Source: Thermoanaerobaculia bacterium (GTDB lineage Bacteria > Acidobacteriota > Thermoanaerobaculia > UBA5066 > Gp7-AA6). Taken from it: a stretch of 56,798 nt of DNA. The notes beneath the pieces were generated by a model that saw nothing but the letters and a program-made list of their open reading frames with translations, did no database searches and had not been told where the DNA came from. How positions within the stretch are numbered: position 1 is the stretch's first letter; each line of letters opens with the position of its first letter. Shown here piece by piece: positions 38,785 through 50,030 of this stretch. The stretch covers positions 1-56,798 of the forward strand of contig DATFWF010000011.1 of the NCBI GenBank assembly GCA_035259605.1. The letters are read 5' to 3'. The position numbers were made by a program, and so were the translations under genes.

Positions 38785-38806
38785 GGTTCCCCCGACGAAT
38801 TCCAGC

Positions 38807-39130
38807 TCACTTCCAGTGGCCTTCGACCCAGTAATAGCCCTGGTGCGAATGGGCCCAGTGGCCGGCTGTCCAGTGGTGCTTGTGATGGGGCCTCACGACG
38901 TAGTGCCCGGGAACCCAGACGTAGGCTCCGCCGTCCCAGCGGTGGTAGCCCGCGATCCAGATGTGCTGCGGGCTCGGCGCGACGGCCACGACCTCCGCCA
39001 CCGGCGGCGGGGGCGGCGCGGGAACGTAGACCCTGACCTTGACGTCCGCGAACACCGGGGAAGGCGCTGCCGAGAACGCGGCCAGGACGACGGACGCCAG
39101 CACGAGGGACAACCCGACTGTCTTCTTCAA
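38807..39130 (-). CDS. YXWGXW-repeat small secreted protein
   Basis: Signal peptide MKKTVGLSLVLASVVLAAFSA, then W/H/Y/G-rich repeats (WIAGYHRW, YVWVPGHY, WTAGHW, YYWVEGHW). Confidence 0.6.
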   Translation of the reverse strand: MKKTVGLSLVLASVVLAAFSAAPSPVFADVKVRVYVPAPPPPPVAEVVAVAPSPQHIWIAGYHRWDGGAYVWVPGHYVVRPHHKHHWTAGHWAHSHQGYYWVEGHWK

Positions 39131-39189
39131 GTGCTCCTCCTTCTCGATCGTTCCCGAATCTCTCGCCGTTACCGCGGCGCGCGAGTCCG

Positions 39190-40182
39190 CTACAGCTCGT
39201 TCGAGACGACGCGACGCAAAGTCTCCCGATCGATGTTGCCGCCCGAGAGAATGATGCCGACCTTCCGGTCGGCGAGCTCTCCCCGCAGCCGGATCAGGCC
39301 GGCCAGGCCCGCGGCCCCCGCCCCTTCGGCGAGGTTGTGCGTGGTCCTGAGCAGGATGCGCACGGCTTCCGCCATCTCACTTTCGGTTACCAGCACAAAT
39401 CCTGCCAGCCCGTCCAGCAGCGCGGGGAAAGTCATGTCGTAGGCGTTGCGCGTCGCGAGTCCGTCCGCGAACGTATCCGCGGAAGAAGCCGCGATCGGGC
39501 GTCCCGCCTTCCAGGAGTCGTGCGTGGCGGGCGCTCTCTGCGCCTGGACCGCGTAAACGGGAAGCCCGGGCCGGACCGCCCGAGCGACCGTCATCGCGCC
39601 GACCGCCTGCGATCCCCCGCCGACGCTCACGACCATCGCCTCGAGGTCCGGCCGCTCCTCGAGGATCTCCAGCGTCGCCGTCGCTGCCCCGGCGATGACG
39701 TCCCGGTCGTTGGTGGAATGCACTATCGTCAGCCCGCGCTCGCGCACGTGCCCCAGCGCGACGGCGAGCGATTCGTCGTAGTCCCTGCCGCGCTCGATCA
39801 GGTCCGCGCCGAGCCCCCGCATCCCCTCGTTCTTCTCCGGGTTGTTTCCGACCGGGACGCAGATCGTCACCGGGACGCCGAGGAGCGCGCCCGCGTACGC
39901 GACCCCCAGCCCGTGGTTTCCCCGCGTGGCTGCGACGACGCCCCGCGACCGCATCGGCGCCGGCATCGCGGTCATGGTGGAGAGGGCGTTGCGGACCTTG
40001 AAGGAGTTGGTCGGGTTGTGGTTTTCGTGCTTGACCCAGACGGAGATCCCTTCGCCGACGGCCCGGTCCAGCGGAGCGTAGCGGCGAAGCGCCGTCGGCC
40101 GCAGATACGGCTCGATCCTCCGGCGGGCCGCGAGGACGTCTTCGAGGGTGATCGGCCAGGGACCCGGCTTTTCGGTCTCCAT
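39190..40182 (-). CDS. PLP-dependent threonine/serine dehydratase family enzyme
   Basis: PLP-lysine motif NPTNSFKVRNA and glycine-rich loop GGGSQAVG. 330 aa, no ACT regulatory domain. Confidence 0.8.
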   Translation of the reverse strand: METEKPGPWPITLEDVLAARRRIEPYLRPTALRRYAPLDRAVGEGISVWVKHENHNPTNSFKVRNALSTMTAMPAPMRSRGVVAATRGNHGLGVAYAGALLGVPVTICVPVGNNPEKNEGMRGLGADLIERGRDYDESLAVALGHVRERGLTIVHSTNDRDVIAGAATATLEILEERPDLEAMVVSVGGGSQAVGAMTVARAVRPGLPVYAVQAQRAPATHDSWKAGRPIAASSADTFADGLATRNAYDMTFPALLDGLAGFVLVTESEMAEAVRILLRTTHNLAEGAGAAGLAGLIRLRGELADRKVGIILSGGNIDRETLRRVVSNEL

Positions 40183-40217
40183 CGGCCCGTGACAATATAG
40201 CCGGGCCGTTTGAGACG

Positions 40218-41159
40218 ATGCCTCCGCGCAGGAAGAAAGCCAAAGAAGCCTCGAGGGGATTGCCGGCGGGGGAAGTCGCCGCCGGTACGCCGCCGACCCC
40301 GGTCGAGGACCTGCGCGACAGGATCGCCGAGGACGGCGGAGCGGTCCTCTCGGTCTTCCGTGACCCGCTGGGAAGCCACTGGCAGGTGCTGTCGGCGCTG
40401 CCGGTGGACAAGGTCGCGCCGACGCCCTTCCAGCGCGATCTCTCCGACGCCCACGTCAAGCGGCTGACCAACGTCATCGACACGCTCGGGCGGTTCCTCG
40501 ATCCGATCATCGTGGTGCGGACCGAGGAGGGCGCCTACTGGACGCCCAACGGCCACCACCGCCTCTCCGCGATGCGGCGGCTGGGCGCGAAGTCCATCGT
40601 GGCGCTCGTCCTGCCCGAGAGGGAGATCGCCTACAAGATCCTGGCGCTCAACACCGAGAAGGCGCACAACCTCCGCGAGAAGTCGCTGGAAGTCATCCGG
40701 ATGGCGCGGGACCTAGCGGAGAAAGCTCCGCTGCCGGAGAAGGATTACGCGCTCGATTTCGAGGAGCCTGCGCTCCTGACGCTCGGCCTCTGCTACGAGA
40801 AGAACGGGCGCTTCCCGGGCGGCGCGTACAACCCGGTTTTGAAACGCGTGGACGAGTTCTTCGAGGAGAAGCTTCCGAAAGCGCTCCAGAAACGCGAGAA
40901 GCGCGCCGAGAAGGTCATGGAGCTGGAAGAGGCGGTCTCCGCCGCCATCAAGGCGCTCCAGGCGAAGGGATTCCAGAGCCCGTACCTGCGGGCGTTCGTC
41001 GTCGCGCGGATCAATCCGCTCCGCTTCCAGAAGAAGGGAGCGACGAAGCCCGAATTCGACGCGACGTTGGACAAGATGCTCGGCTCGGCGAAGAAGTTCA
41101 ACGTGGATTCGGTCAAGGCGGACCAGCTCGCGGCGACCGGCGGAGCCCCGGACGAGTGA
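40218..41159 (+). CDS. Orphan ParB/Srx-like N-terminal domain protein
   Basis: ParB-like nuclease/CTPase-fold motifs PFQRDL and NGHHRLSAMRRLG, followed by a helical C-terminal region. No adjacent ParA. Confidence 0.7.
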   Translation: MPPRRKKAKEASRGLPAGEVAAGTPPTPVEDLRDRIAEDGGAVLSVFRDPLGSHWQVLSALPVDKVAPTPFQRDLSDAHVKRLTNVIDTLGRFLDPIIVVRTEEGAYWTPNGHHRLSAMRRLGAKSIVALVLPEREIAYKILALNTEKAHNLREKSLEVIRMARDLAEKAPLPEKDYALDFEEPALLTLGLCYEKNGRFPGGAYNPVLKRVDEFFEEKLPKALQKREKRAEKVMELEEAVSAAIKALQAKGFQSPYLRAFVVARINPLRFQKKGATKPEFDATLDKMLGSAKKFNVDSVKADQLAATGGAPDE

Positions 41160-41175
41160 AGGAGGAGGTGAGGCC

Positions 41176-41988
41176 ATGAGATCGAAGCCACTTTGGACCG
41201 TCCTCGCGGCGGCGGTCGCCGCCATCGCGGTGGCCGCGGCCACGCCGCCGTCCTCCTCGACGCTGCTCGATCTCTCAAAGGCGAAGGTCGTGGACCTGAC
41301 GCACGCCTTCGACGAGAAGACGATCTACTGGCCCAACTCCCCTTCGACGTTCAAGCTCCAGAAGCTCGCCGACGGCGCGACCGAGGGCGGCTACTACTAT
41401 CGGATGAACTCGTTCTGCGCGCCCGAGCACGGCGGGACACATCTGGACGCTCCGTCCCATTTCGCGAAGGACGGCTGGGCGGCGGACCAGATCCCGCTCG
41501 CCAAGCTCGTCTCGCGGGGCGTCGTCATCGACGTGACGAAGCAGGCGGCGGCGAATCCGGACTATCGGCTGACGGCCGCCGACCTGCGGGCTTGGGAAAC
41601 AAAGCACGGCTCGGTGCCGGCAGGATCGATCGTCCTGCTTCGGACCGGATGGGGCTCGCGCTGGCCCGACCGCAAGAAATACCTCGGCGACGACACGCCG
41701 GGCGAGACTTCGAACCTGCACTTCCCTTCCTTCGGGAAAGAGGCAGCGGAGATCCTGGTCCGGGAGCGGAAGGTCGCGGCTCTGGGACTCGACACGGCGT
41801 CGATTGACTACGGCCCGTCGAAGGATTTCATCGTCCACCAGGTCGCCAACGGCGCGAACGTCCCGGGCCTGGAAAACCTCGCGAACCTCGACCAGTTGCC
41901 GGAGACCGGAGCCTGGATCGTGGCGCTCCCGATGAAGATCGCCGGAGGCTCGGGCGGACCGCTTCGCGCGATCGCCCTGATCCCTTAG
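41176..41988 (+). CDS. Cyclase-family protein (kynurenine formamidase-like metal hydrolase), secreted
   Basis: Signal-like N-terminus. Cyclase motifs HAFDE...YW and GTHLDAPSHF. RBS AGGAGGAGG 16 nt after the ParB-like stop. Confidence 0.8.
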   Translation: MRSKPLWTVLAAAVAAIAVAAATPPSSSTLLDLSKAKVVDLTHAFDEKTIYWPNSPSTFKLQKLADGATEGGYYYRMNSFCAPEHGGTHLDAPSHFAKDGWAADQIPLAKLVSRGVVIDVTKQAAANPDYRLTAADLRAWETKHGSVPAGSIVLLRTGWGSRWPDRKKYLGDDTPGETSNLHFPSFGKEAAEILVRERKVAALGLDTASIDYGPSKDFIVHQVANGANVPGLENLANLDQLPETGAWIVALPMKIAGGSGGPLRAIALIP

Positions 41989-42097
41989 GTGCCTGTATCA
42001 AAACCCTGACCGGGTGCGAGCCGCTGCTGTTCGTGGCCTCGTTCGAATAGCGACGTCACGCATCTCGTGGCCACGGAAGTGCGGTCCCGGCGGTTCG

Positions 42098-44766
<2,669 letters not shown>

Positions 44767-44770
<4 letters not shown>

Positions 44771-45132
44771 GGCTTCTCGCTCGCCAACCGCAGCACGCGG
44801 CCGATCACGGCGGAAATCCGCTCCCAGTCTTCGGTCTCCTTCGCCAGTTGTTTGACGCCGCTTTTCGTAATCGAGTAGAACTTCGCCTTGCGGTTGTTCT
44901 CCGAAGCACCCCACTCCGCGGCAATCCACCCCTCCTGCTGCAGCCTCAACAGGGACGTGTAAACGGTGCCTTCGTTCAGGCGGAGCACTTCTTCGCTCAA
45001 CTGCTCGAGCCGACGAGCGATTCCGAATCCGTGCAATGGCCCCATCCCCTGGAGTGTCTTCAGGATCATCAGATCGAGCGTGCCCTGCAGCACTTCGGAT
45101 TTCTTGCGGGCGTCGGCCCTTCCTTCGGACAT
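44767..45132 (-). CDS. PadR-family transcriptional regulator
   Basis: ATG 45132. LQGTLDLMILKTL...GPLHGFGIARRL...EGTVYTSLLRLQQEGWI winged-helix PadR pattern. ATGA overlap with the ADOP start. Confidence 0.85.
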
Positions 45133-45146
45133 CAAAGAGAAAACTA

Positions 45147-45197
45147 CCAAGACTCCTTTGGGATGTCCATAGGTGAACGGTCTGAAGGGAGTCTGGA
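45147..45197 (-). promoter_or_regulatory. Imperfect inverted repeat upstream of padR (candidate operator or 5'-UTR hairpin)
   Basis: CCAAGACTCCTTT (45147-45159) pairs with AAGGGAGTCTGGA (45185-45197). The core AGACTCC/GGAGTCT is perfect. It lies 15-65 nt upstream of the padR ATG. Confidence 0.25.
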
Positions 45198-45321
45198 CTT
45201 TCAGCTCGCACGCCCTATTCGGCGCTGACGCCGAAATCATTCTCCGAAATACCCATCGAGTCGTCGCGACCGGGCGAGAAGGGCAAGCCCCTCCCCCCAC
45301 GATACGAGGGGACCCGGAGAG

Positions 45322-46077
45322 CTAAGAGGAGGCCTTGACGATAGGGCCCGCGCCGGCGGGAGCGGCGGCGACGGCGGGAGTCCACCAGGAGAGGATCCGC
45401 TTCACGTAGCCCTGGGTCTCGCGGTAAGGCGGGACTCCGCCATAGCTCTCGACGGCGTTTTCGCCGGCGTTGTAGGCGGCGAGGACCAGATCGGGACGGT
45501 GGTCGAAGCGGTCCATGAGCTCCTTGAGATACCGAACGCCGGCGCGGACGTTGGCGACCGGGTCGAAAGGACTGTCGAGAGACAGGCGCCGGGCCGTGGC
45601 GGGCATCAGCTGCATCAGGCCGCGGGCGCCCTTGCGGGAGACCGCGCGCGGCTCGTAGTTGGACTCGGCTCGGATCAGCGCGGAGACCATCGAGGCGTCC
45701 ACGCCGTACCGGCGGGATTCGGCGGCGATGATCTGATCGTACGCGGTGTTGAAGAGGGGCTTGCGGTCGGCGCGGTAGGAGAGGTCGTAGTTCTGGGCGA
45801 GGCGCGGAAGAGTCGCGTCGGTCTGGTCGCAGGCCTCGGCGATCTCGTCCTCGACGATCCTCTCGACGCGGGAGAGGTCCACGCGGTAGCTGCCGCCGCC
45901 GGGCACCCCAATCTCCAGCTCCTCTTCGACCACCTTGTACGACGCGGCCTTGACCACCCGGCCGTCGTCGAACACGACCAGGTCGGCGAGGGCAGGCCGG
46001 GATGCGAGGGAGGCGGCCAGGCAGACGACCAGCAGGAAGAGGCGATTCATCTGTCGCGGGGAACGGTAAAAAGCCAT
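45322..46077 (-). CDS. Lytic transglycosylase (SLT domain)
   Basis: Signal peptide. SLT catalytic region LIRAESNYEPRAVSRKGARGLMQLMP and AYNAG. Confidence 0.85.
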   Translation of the reverse strand: MAFYRSPRQMNRLFLLVVCLAASLASRPALADLVVFDDGRVVKAASYKVVEEELEIGVPGGGSYRVDLSRVERIVEDEIAEACDQTDATLPRLAQNYDLSYRADRKPLFNTAYDQIIAAESRRYGVDASMVSALIRAESNYEPRAVSRKGARGLMQLMPATARRLSLDSPFDPVANVRAGVRYLKELMDRFDHRPDLVLAAYNAGENAVESYGGVPPYRETQGYVKRILSWWTPAVAAAPAGAGPIVKASS

Positions 46078-46080
46078 TGC

Positions 46081-47022
46081 CTATTCCGTTTCTACGGAGC
46101 GGACCCTCATTGTGCCACGGCGCCTGGCCCGGGGGTGGAACTCGTCATATACCCGCCGGAGCCGCGTGGAGGAGACACGAGTGTAGATCTGGGTCGTCGA
46201 GATGTCGGCGTGCCCCAACATCATCTGGAGGGCCCGCAGGTCCGCGCCGTGCTCGAGCAGGTGCGTGGCGAAGCTGTGGCGCAGGCGATGCGGCGTCAGT
46301 CGCGATCGGATCCCGGCCCGGCGCCCGTAGCCTTCGATCAACTGCCAGAAGCGTTGCCGGGTCATCGGCCTTCCGCGTGGCGTCAGGAAGAGGTGCTCGG
46401 AGCCCTTCGTGTCGAGACCCGGCCGGACCTCGCCGAGGTACCGCGCGAGCCACTTCCCCGCCGAACGGCCGAAGGGGACGAGGCGCTCGCGATTGCCCTT
46501 GCCCGTCACGCGCAGAATCCCTGCCTGGATGTCCACGCGGTCGCGCTGGAGAAGGACGATCTCCGAGACGCGCAGGCCCGAGGCGTACATCAGCTCGAGC
46601 ATCGCCCGGTCCCGCAGCCCGAGCGGCTTTCCGCAGTCCGGCGCCCGAAGCAGCGCCTCGACCTCTCCTTCCGAAAGGGTCTTCGGGAGCGAAAGCCCGG
46701 CCTTCGGATTGACGAGGTCCGCCGTCGGGTCGTTGCGGTAATCGAGGTGAACGCCCGCGAAGCCGTAGAAGCCGCGCAGCGCAGAAAGCGCTCTCGCCGT
46801 CGAGCGCGATGAGATCCCGCGAGCTTTGAGCTCGCGGAGGTACCGCGAGAGGTCCTCTCGCCCGATCCTCCCCGCGGCCAGCCGGGATTTCTCCAGCCAC
46901 CACCCGAACCGCTCCAGGTCCGTGCGGTAGGCGATGACACTCGCCGGGGAAAGTCCCTTCTCAACCGCGAGGTGATCGAGATACGTCGGAAGGTGTCTCT
47001 GAAGGAAATCCCCGCTGTCCAC
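46081..47022 (-). CDS. xerD: Site-specific tyrosine recombinase XerD
   Basis: GTG 47022 inside ORF 46081..47313. ASGLRVSE, GKGNRERLVP, MTRQRFWQLI, HRLRHSFATHLLEHGADLR, LGHADISTTQIYT. The MTRQ.FW segment is XerD-like; XerC versus XerD is not fully certain. Confidence 0.8.
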   Translation of the reverse strand: MDSGDFLQRHLPTYLDHLAVEKGLSPASVIAYRTDLERFGWWLEKSRLAAGRIGREDLSRYLRELKARGISSRSTARALSALRGFYGFAGVHLDYRNDPTADLVNPKAGLSLPKTLSEGEVEALLRAPDCGKPLGLRDRAMLELMYASGLRVSEIVLLQRDRVDIQAGILRVTGKGNRERLVPFGRSAGKWLARYLGEVRPGLDTKGSEHLFLTPRGRPMTRQRFWQLIEGYGRRAGIRSRLTPHRLRHSFATHLLEHGADLRALQMMLGHADISTTQIYTRVSSTRLRRVYDEFHPRARRRGTMRVRSVETE

Positions 47023-47077
47023 TGTTGACTGTCGACTGTCGACTCGTTTCGACTGCCGACTGTCGACTCGTCTCAAC
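47023..47077. repeat. Tandem TGTCGAC-type heptamer array (about 7 units, two of them expanded)
   Basis: TGTTGAC TGTCGAC TGTCGAC TCGTTTCGAC TGCCGAC TGTCGAC TCGTCTCAAC. It fills the whole spacer between the LeuA-family stop and the xerD start. Confidence 0.85.
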
Positions 47078-48317
47078 GCGCCGCGACGGCGAACCGCGCC
47101 ACGACCGCCAATATCTCTTCGTCGGAGAGGACCCGGTCGCTCTCCTTGGCGCGGCGGAAGATCTCGTCGACGAGCTCGGTCCGTGGCTCGATGCCGTGGT
47201 TCTCCAGCCAGCACTGGACGTTGGAGAGGCCGCTCATCGGCCCGATCTCGATGACCTGCGTTCGGCCGACCATTCCCGCGGGGACGCCGGAGTAGACCCG
47301 GTCGGCCAGCCACTCGTCCCCCTTCTTTCGGGCCTTGATGATCGCGGCGGCGTGGACGCCCGTCCCGGTGCGGAAGGCGTCCTTCCCCACCACCGGGTAG
47401 TTGTCGGGGATCGGGACCCCGGTCGCGCGCGAGACGGCCGAGCAGTAGTCGTGGAGGCTGGTCAGGTCGCGGTCGATCCAGCCCAGGAGCTGCAGGTTGA
47501 CGAGGAGCTGGTCCATCGGCGTGTTGCCGACCCGCTCTCCGATCCCCAGCGCGCAGGCGTGGACGCGGTGCGCGCCGGCCTCGAGCGCCCAGAGCGCGTT
47601 GGTCACGCCGAAGCCGCGGTCCTGGTGGCCATGCCAGTCCACCTTGACCTCGGGGTTGACCTCGAGCACGAGCCGCGAAACATAGCGGATGACGTTGCGG
47701 ACCCCGTCGGGGGTGGCGTGGCCGACCGTGTCACACACGCAGACGCGCTTCGCGCCCGCGCGGATGGCGGCCGTGTACATCTGCCGGATGTGGTCGGGAT
47801 GCGCGCGGGTCGTGTCCTCGGTCACGTACATGACCGGCAGTCCCGCCCGGACCGCCAGCGAGACGGCCTCCTCGGTCATGCGGAGCATCCGGTCGAGGTC
47901 CCAGTCCTCGGCGTACTGGCGGATGGGCGAGGAGCCGATGAAGCAGGCGACCTCGATCGGCAGGCCGACCTTCTGCGAGATCTCGATGATCGGGAGGATG
48001 TCGGCGGCCACGGTCCGCGCCGCGCAGTTGGGCCGGATCTTCATCTTCGTGTCCACGATCTCCCGGGCGATGCGGGTGACGGTGCTGACCACGTGCGAGC
48101 CGGCGCCGGGAAGCCCGATGTCGGCCGAATCGATCCCGAGCGCCTCCATCAGGTGGAGGATCTGGAGCTTCTGCTCGACCGGAGGGCTCTTGACCGAGGG
48201 GGACTGGAGGCCGTCTCGGAGGGTTTCGTCGTCGATCTCGACGGTCCCGCGCGCGGGGAAAACGGCGCCCCCGGCTCGGTTCCAGTCGTAGATCAGGTCG
48301 GATTCCGGAGGATGCAT
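47073..48317 (-). CDS. LeuA-family (2-isopropylmalate/homocitrate synthase-like, DRE-TIM) protein without C-terminal regulatory domain
   Basis: DETLRDGLQS, HGHQDRGFGVTNAL, ALGIGERVGNTPMD motifs of the HMGL-like family. 414 aa. Confidence 0.8.
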   Translation of the reverse strand: MHPPESDLIYDWNRAGGAVFPARGTVEIDDETLRDGLQSPSVKSPPVEQKLQILHLMEALGIDSADIGLPGAGSHVVSTVTRIAREIVDTKMKIRPNCAARTVAADILPIIEISQKVGLPIEVACFIGSSPIRQYAEDWDLDRMLRMTEEAVSLAVRAGLPVMYVTEDTTRAHPDHIRQMYTAAIRAGAKRVCVCDTVGHATPDGVRNVIRYVSRLVLEVNPEVKVDWHGHQDRGFGVTNALWALEAGAHRVHACALGIGERVGNTPMDQLLVNLQLLGWIDRDLTSLHDYCSAVSRATGVPIPDNYPVVGKDAFRTGTGVHAAAIIKARKKGDEWLADRVYSGVPAGMVGRTQVIEIGPMSGLSNVQCWLENHGIEPRTELVDEIFRRAKESDRVLSDEEILAVVARFAVAAR

Positions 48318-48327
48318 TGCCAGCGAA

Positions 48328-48357
48328 ATTCTAGACCAAACCTCCCAAACGCGCCAA
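48328..48357 (-). promoter_or_regulatory. Candidate promoter TTGGCG-N18-TAGAAT (minus strand), -10 box 10 nt upstream of the LeuA-family ATG
   Basis: Read on the minus strand of the 48318-48387 spacer. Confidence 0.3.
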
Positions 48358-48387
48358 CGGCGCGGCGAGCGACGGCTCGCCGACGTG

Positions 48388-49173
48388 TCACCGGCCCGTG
48401 AACTTCGCGGGCCGTTTCTCCAGGAAGGCGTTCATCCCCTCGCGCATGTCCTCGGTGGCCGCGCAGAGGCCGAAGAGCGTGGCCTCGTAGGAGAGTCCCT
48501 CCCACAGAGGCATCTCGACTCCCTCGCGGATGGCTTCGAGGGCGTACCGCACCGCCGCGGGACCGTTGCGCGAGATGGCGCGGGCCAGCTCCAGGGCTCC
48601 GGCAAGCGCCCCGCCGGCCGGGAACACGCGGTTGACGAGGCCCAGCCGATGAGCTTCCGCGGCCGTGATTCCCTTCTCGGCCGTCAGGATCAGCTCCGCG
48701 GCCCTGGCCGTGCCGAGGAGCCGCGCCATGCGCTGCGTGCCGCCGTAGCCGGGGAGAATTCCCAGGCCCGTCTCGGGGAGGCCCATCTTCGCGTTCTCCG
48801 AGGCGACCCGCAGCGTGCACGCCATGGCGATCTCCAGGCCGCCTCCGTAAGCGTAGCCGTTGATCGCGGCGATCGTCGGAACCGGAAGGCGCTCGATCCG
48901 ATTGAGCAGCGCCTGCCCGCGCCGAGCGTGTTCCCGCCCTTCGACCGGCGTCAGCTTCGCCAGCTCCCCGATGTCGGCGCCGGCGATGAAAGCTTTCTCC
49001 CCCGCTCCCGTCAGAATCAGGCACCGAAGTCCCGGGTCGGTCTCGGCCTCGGCGATCCGGGCGGAGAGCTCGGCCTGGACCGCCGCGTTCAACGCGTTGA
49101 GCTTCTCCGGCCGGTCGACGGTCAGCGTGCGGATCCCCTCCGCCGTCTCGACCCGGATGAGCTGGCCGCTCAT
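48388..49173 (-). CDS. Enoyl-CoA hydratase (crotonase family)
   Basis: ATG 49173 (ATGA overlap with the hbd stop). Crotonase motifs FIAGADI and INGYAYGGGLEIAMACTLRVA. Confidence 0.88.
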   Translation of the reverse strand: MSGQLIRVETAEGIRTLTVDRPEKLNALNAAVQAELSARIAEAETDPGLRCLILTGAGEKAFIAGADIGELAKLTPVEGREHARRGQALLNRIERLPVPTIAAINGYAYGGGLEIAMACTLRVASENAKMGLPETGLGILPGYGGTQRMARLLGTARAAELILTAEKGITAAEAHRLGLVNRVFPAGGALAGALELARAISRNGPAAVRYALEAIREGVEMPLWEGLSYEATLFGLCAATEDMREGMNAFLEKRPAKFTGR

Positions 49174-50030
49174 CGGCCTTCTCCGTACTCGTAGAAGCCG
49201 CGGCCGGATTTCTTGCCGTAGCGCCCCGCCAGCACCATGCGCTTCAAGAGGGGCGGCGGCGCGAAGCGCTTCTCCCGGTACTCGTTGAACATGATCTCGG
49301 CGATCGCGTAAGTCGTGTCGAGCCCGACGAAATCGAGCAGGCGCAGCGGCCCCATCGGGTGGCCGCAGCCCAGCTCCATTCCCTTGTCGATGTCCTCGCG
49401 GGTCCCGACGCCCTCTTCGAGCGCCCGGACCGCGTCGAGGAGATACGGAACGAGAAGCCGGTTGACCACGAAGCCCGAGTTGTCGTGCGCGCGGATCGGC
49501 TGTTTGCCGAGCGAGGTCGCGAAATCGAAGACGGTCTTCTCGGTCGCCTCGGAGGTCGCGATCGTGCGGACGACCTCGACGAGCTTCATGACCGGCACCG
49601 GGTTGAAGAAGTGGAGGCCGGCGAATCGGTCCGGACGGCCGGTCGCCGCCGAGATCTCCGTGATCGTCAGCGACGAGGTGTTCGAGCAGAAGATCGCGTG
49701 CGGCGCGCAGGCCCGGTCGAGGATGGAGAAGGCTTCCTTCTTGGCGTCGAGGTTCTCGACGATCGCCTCGATGACGAGGTCGCATCCGGCGAGGTCCTCG
49801 AGCCTGGTGGTCGTCGAGAGCTTCGACCGGGCGGCGTCGCGCGCGCCGGCCTCGAGCTTGCCCTTCTCGACCGCTTTCCCCATCGAGCCCTCGATCCGAG
49901 AGAGCCCCTTCTTCGCGAGATCGTCGCTGACCTCGCGGATGACCGTCTCGTACCCCGCCTTCGCGCAGACTTCGGCGATACCCGAGCCCATCAGGCCCGC
50001 GCCGAGGACCCCGACTCTTCCGATCTTCAT
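49170..50030 (-). CDS. hbd: 3-hydroxybutyryl/3-hydroxyacyl-CoA dehydrogenase
   Basis: ATG 50030. NAD-binding VGVLGAGLMGSGIA, HFFNPVPVMKLVE, GFVVNRLL. Confidence 0.9.
   Translation of the reverse strand: MKIGRVGVLGAGLMGSGIAEVCAKAGYETVIREVSDDLAKKGLSRIEGSMGKAVEKGKLEAGARDAARSKLSTTTRLEDLAGCDLVIEAIVENLDAKKEAFSILDRACAPHAIFCSNTSSLTITEISAATGRPDRFAGLHFFNPVPVMKLVEVVRTIATSEATEKTVFDFATSLGKQPIRAHDNSGFVVNRLLVPYLLDAVRALEEGVGTREDIDKGMELGCGHPMGPLRLLDFVGLDTTYAIAEIMFNEYREKRFAPPPLLKRMVLAGRYGKKSGRGFYEYGEGR

Noticed and set aside
46081-47022. Tyrosine recombinase as the integrase of a mobile element
   Set aside because: Its sequence is XerC/D-like (MTRQ.FW, LGHADISTTQIYT). The flanking genes are housekeeping (LeuA-family, lytic transglycosylase). 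There is no tRNA, att-like direct repeat or phage/IS gene nearby.
47023-47077. Heptamer arrays as CRISPR-like arrays
   Set aside because: The units are 7 nt with no spacers and there are no cas genes. These are simple tandem repeats, not CRISPR.
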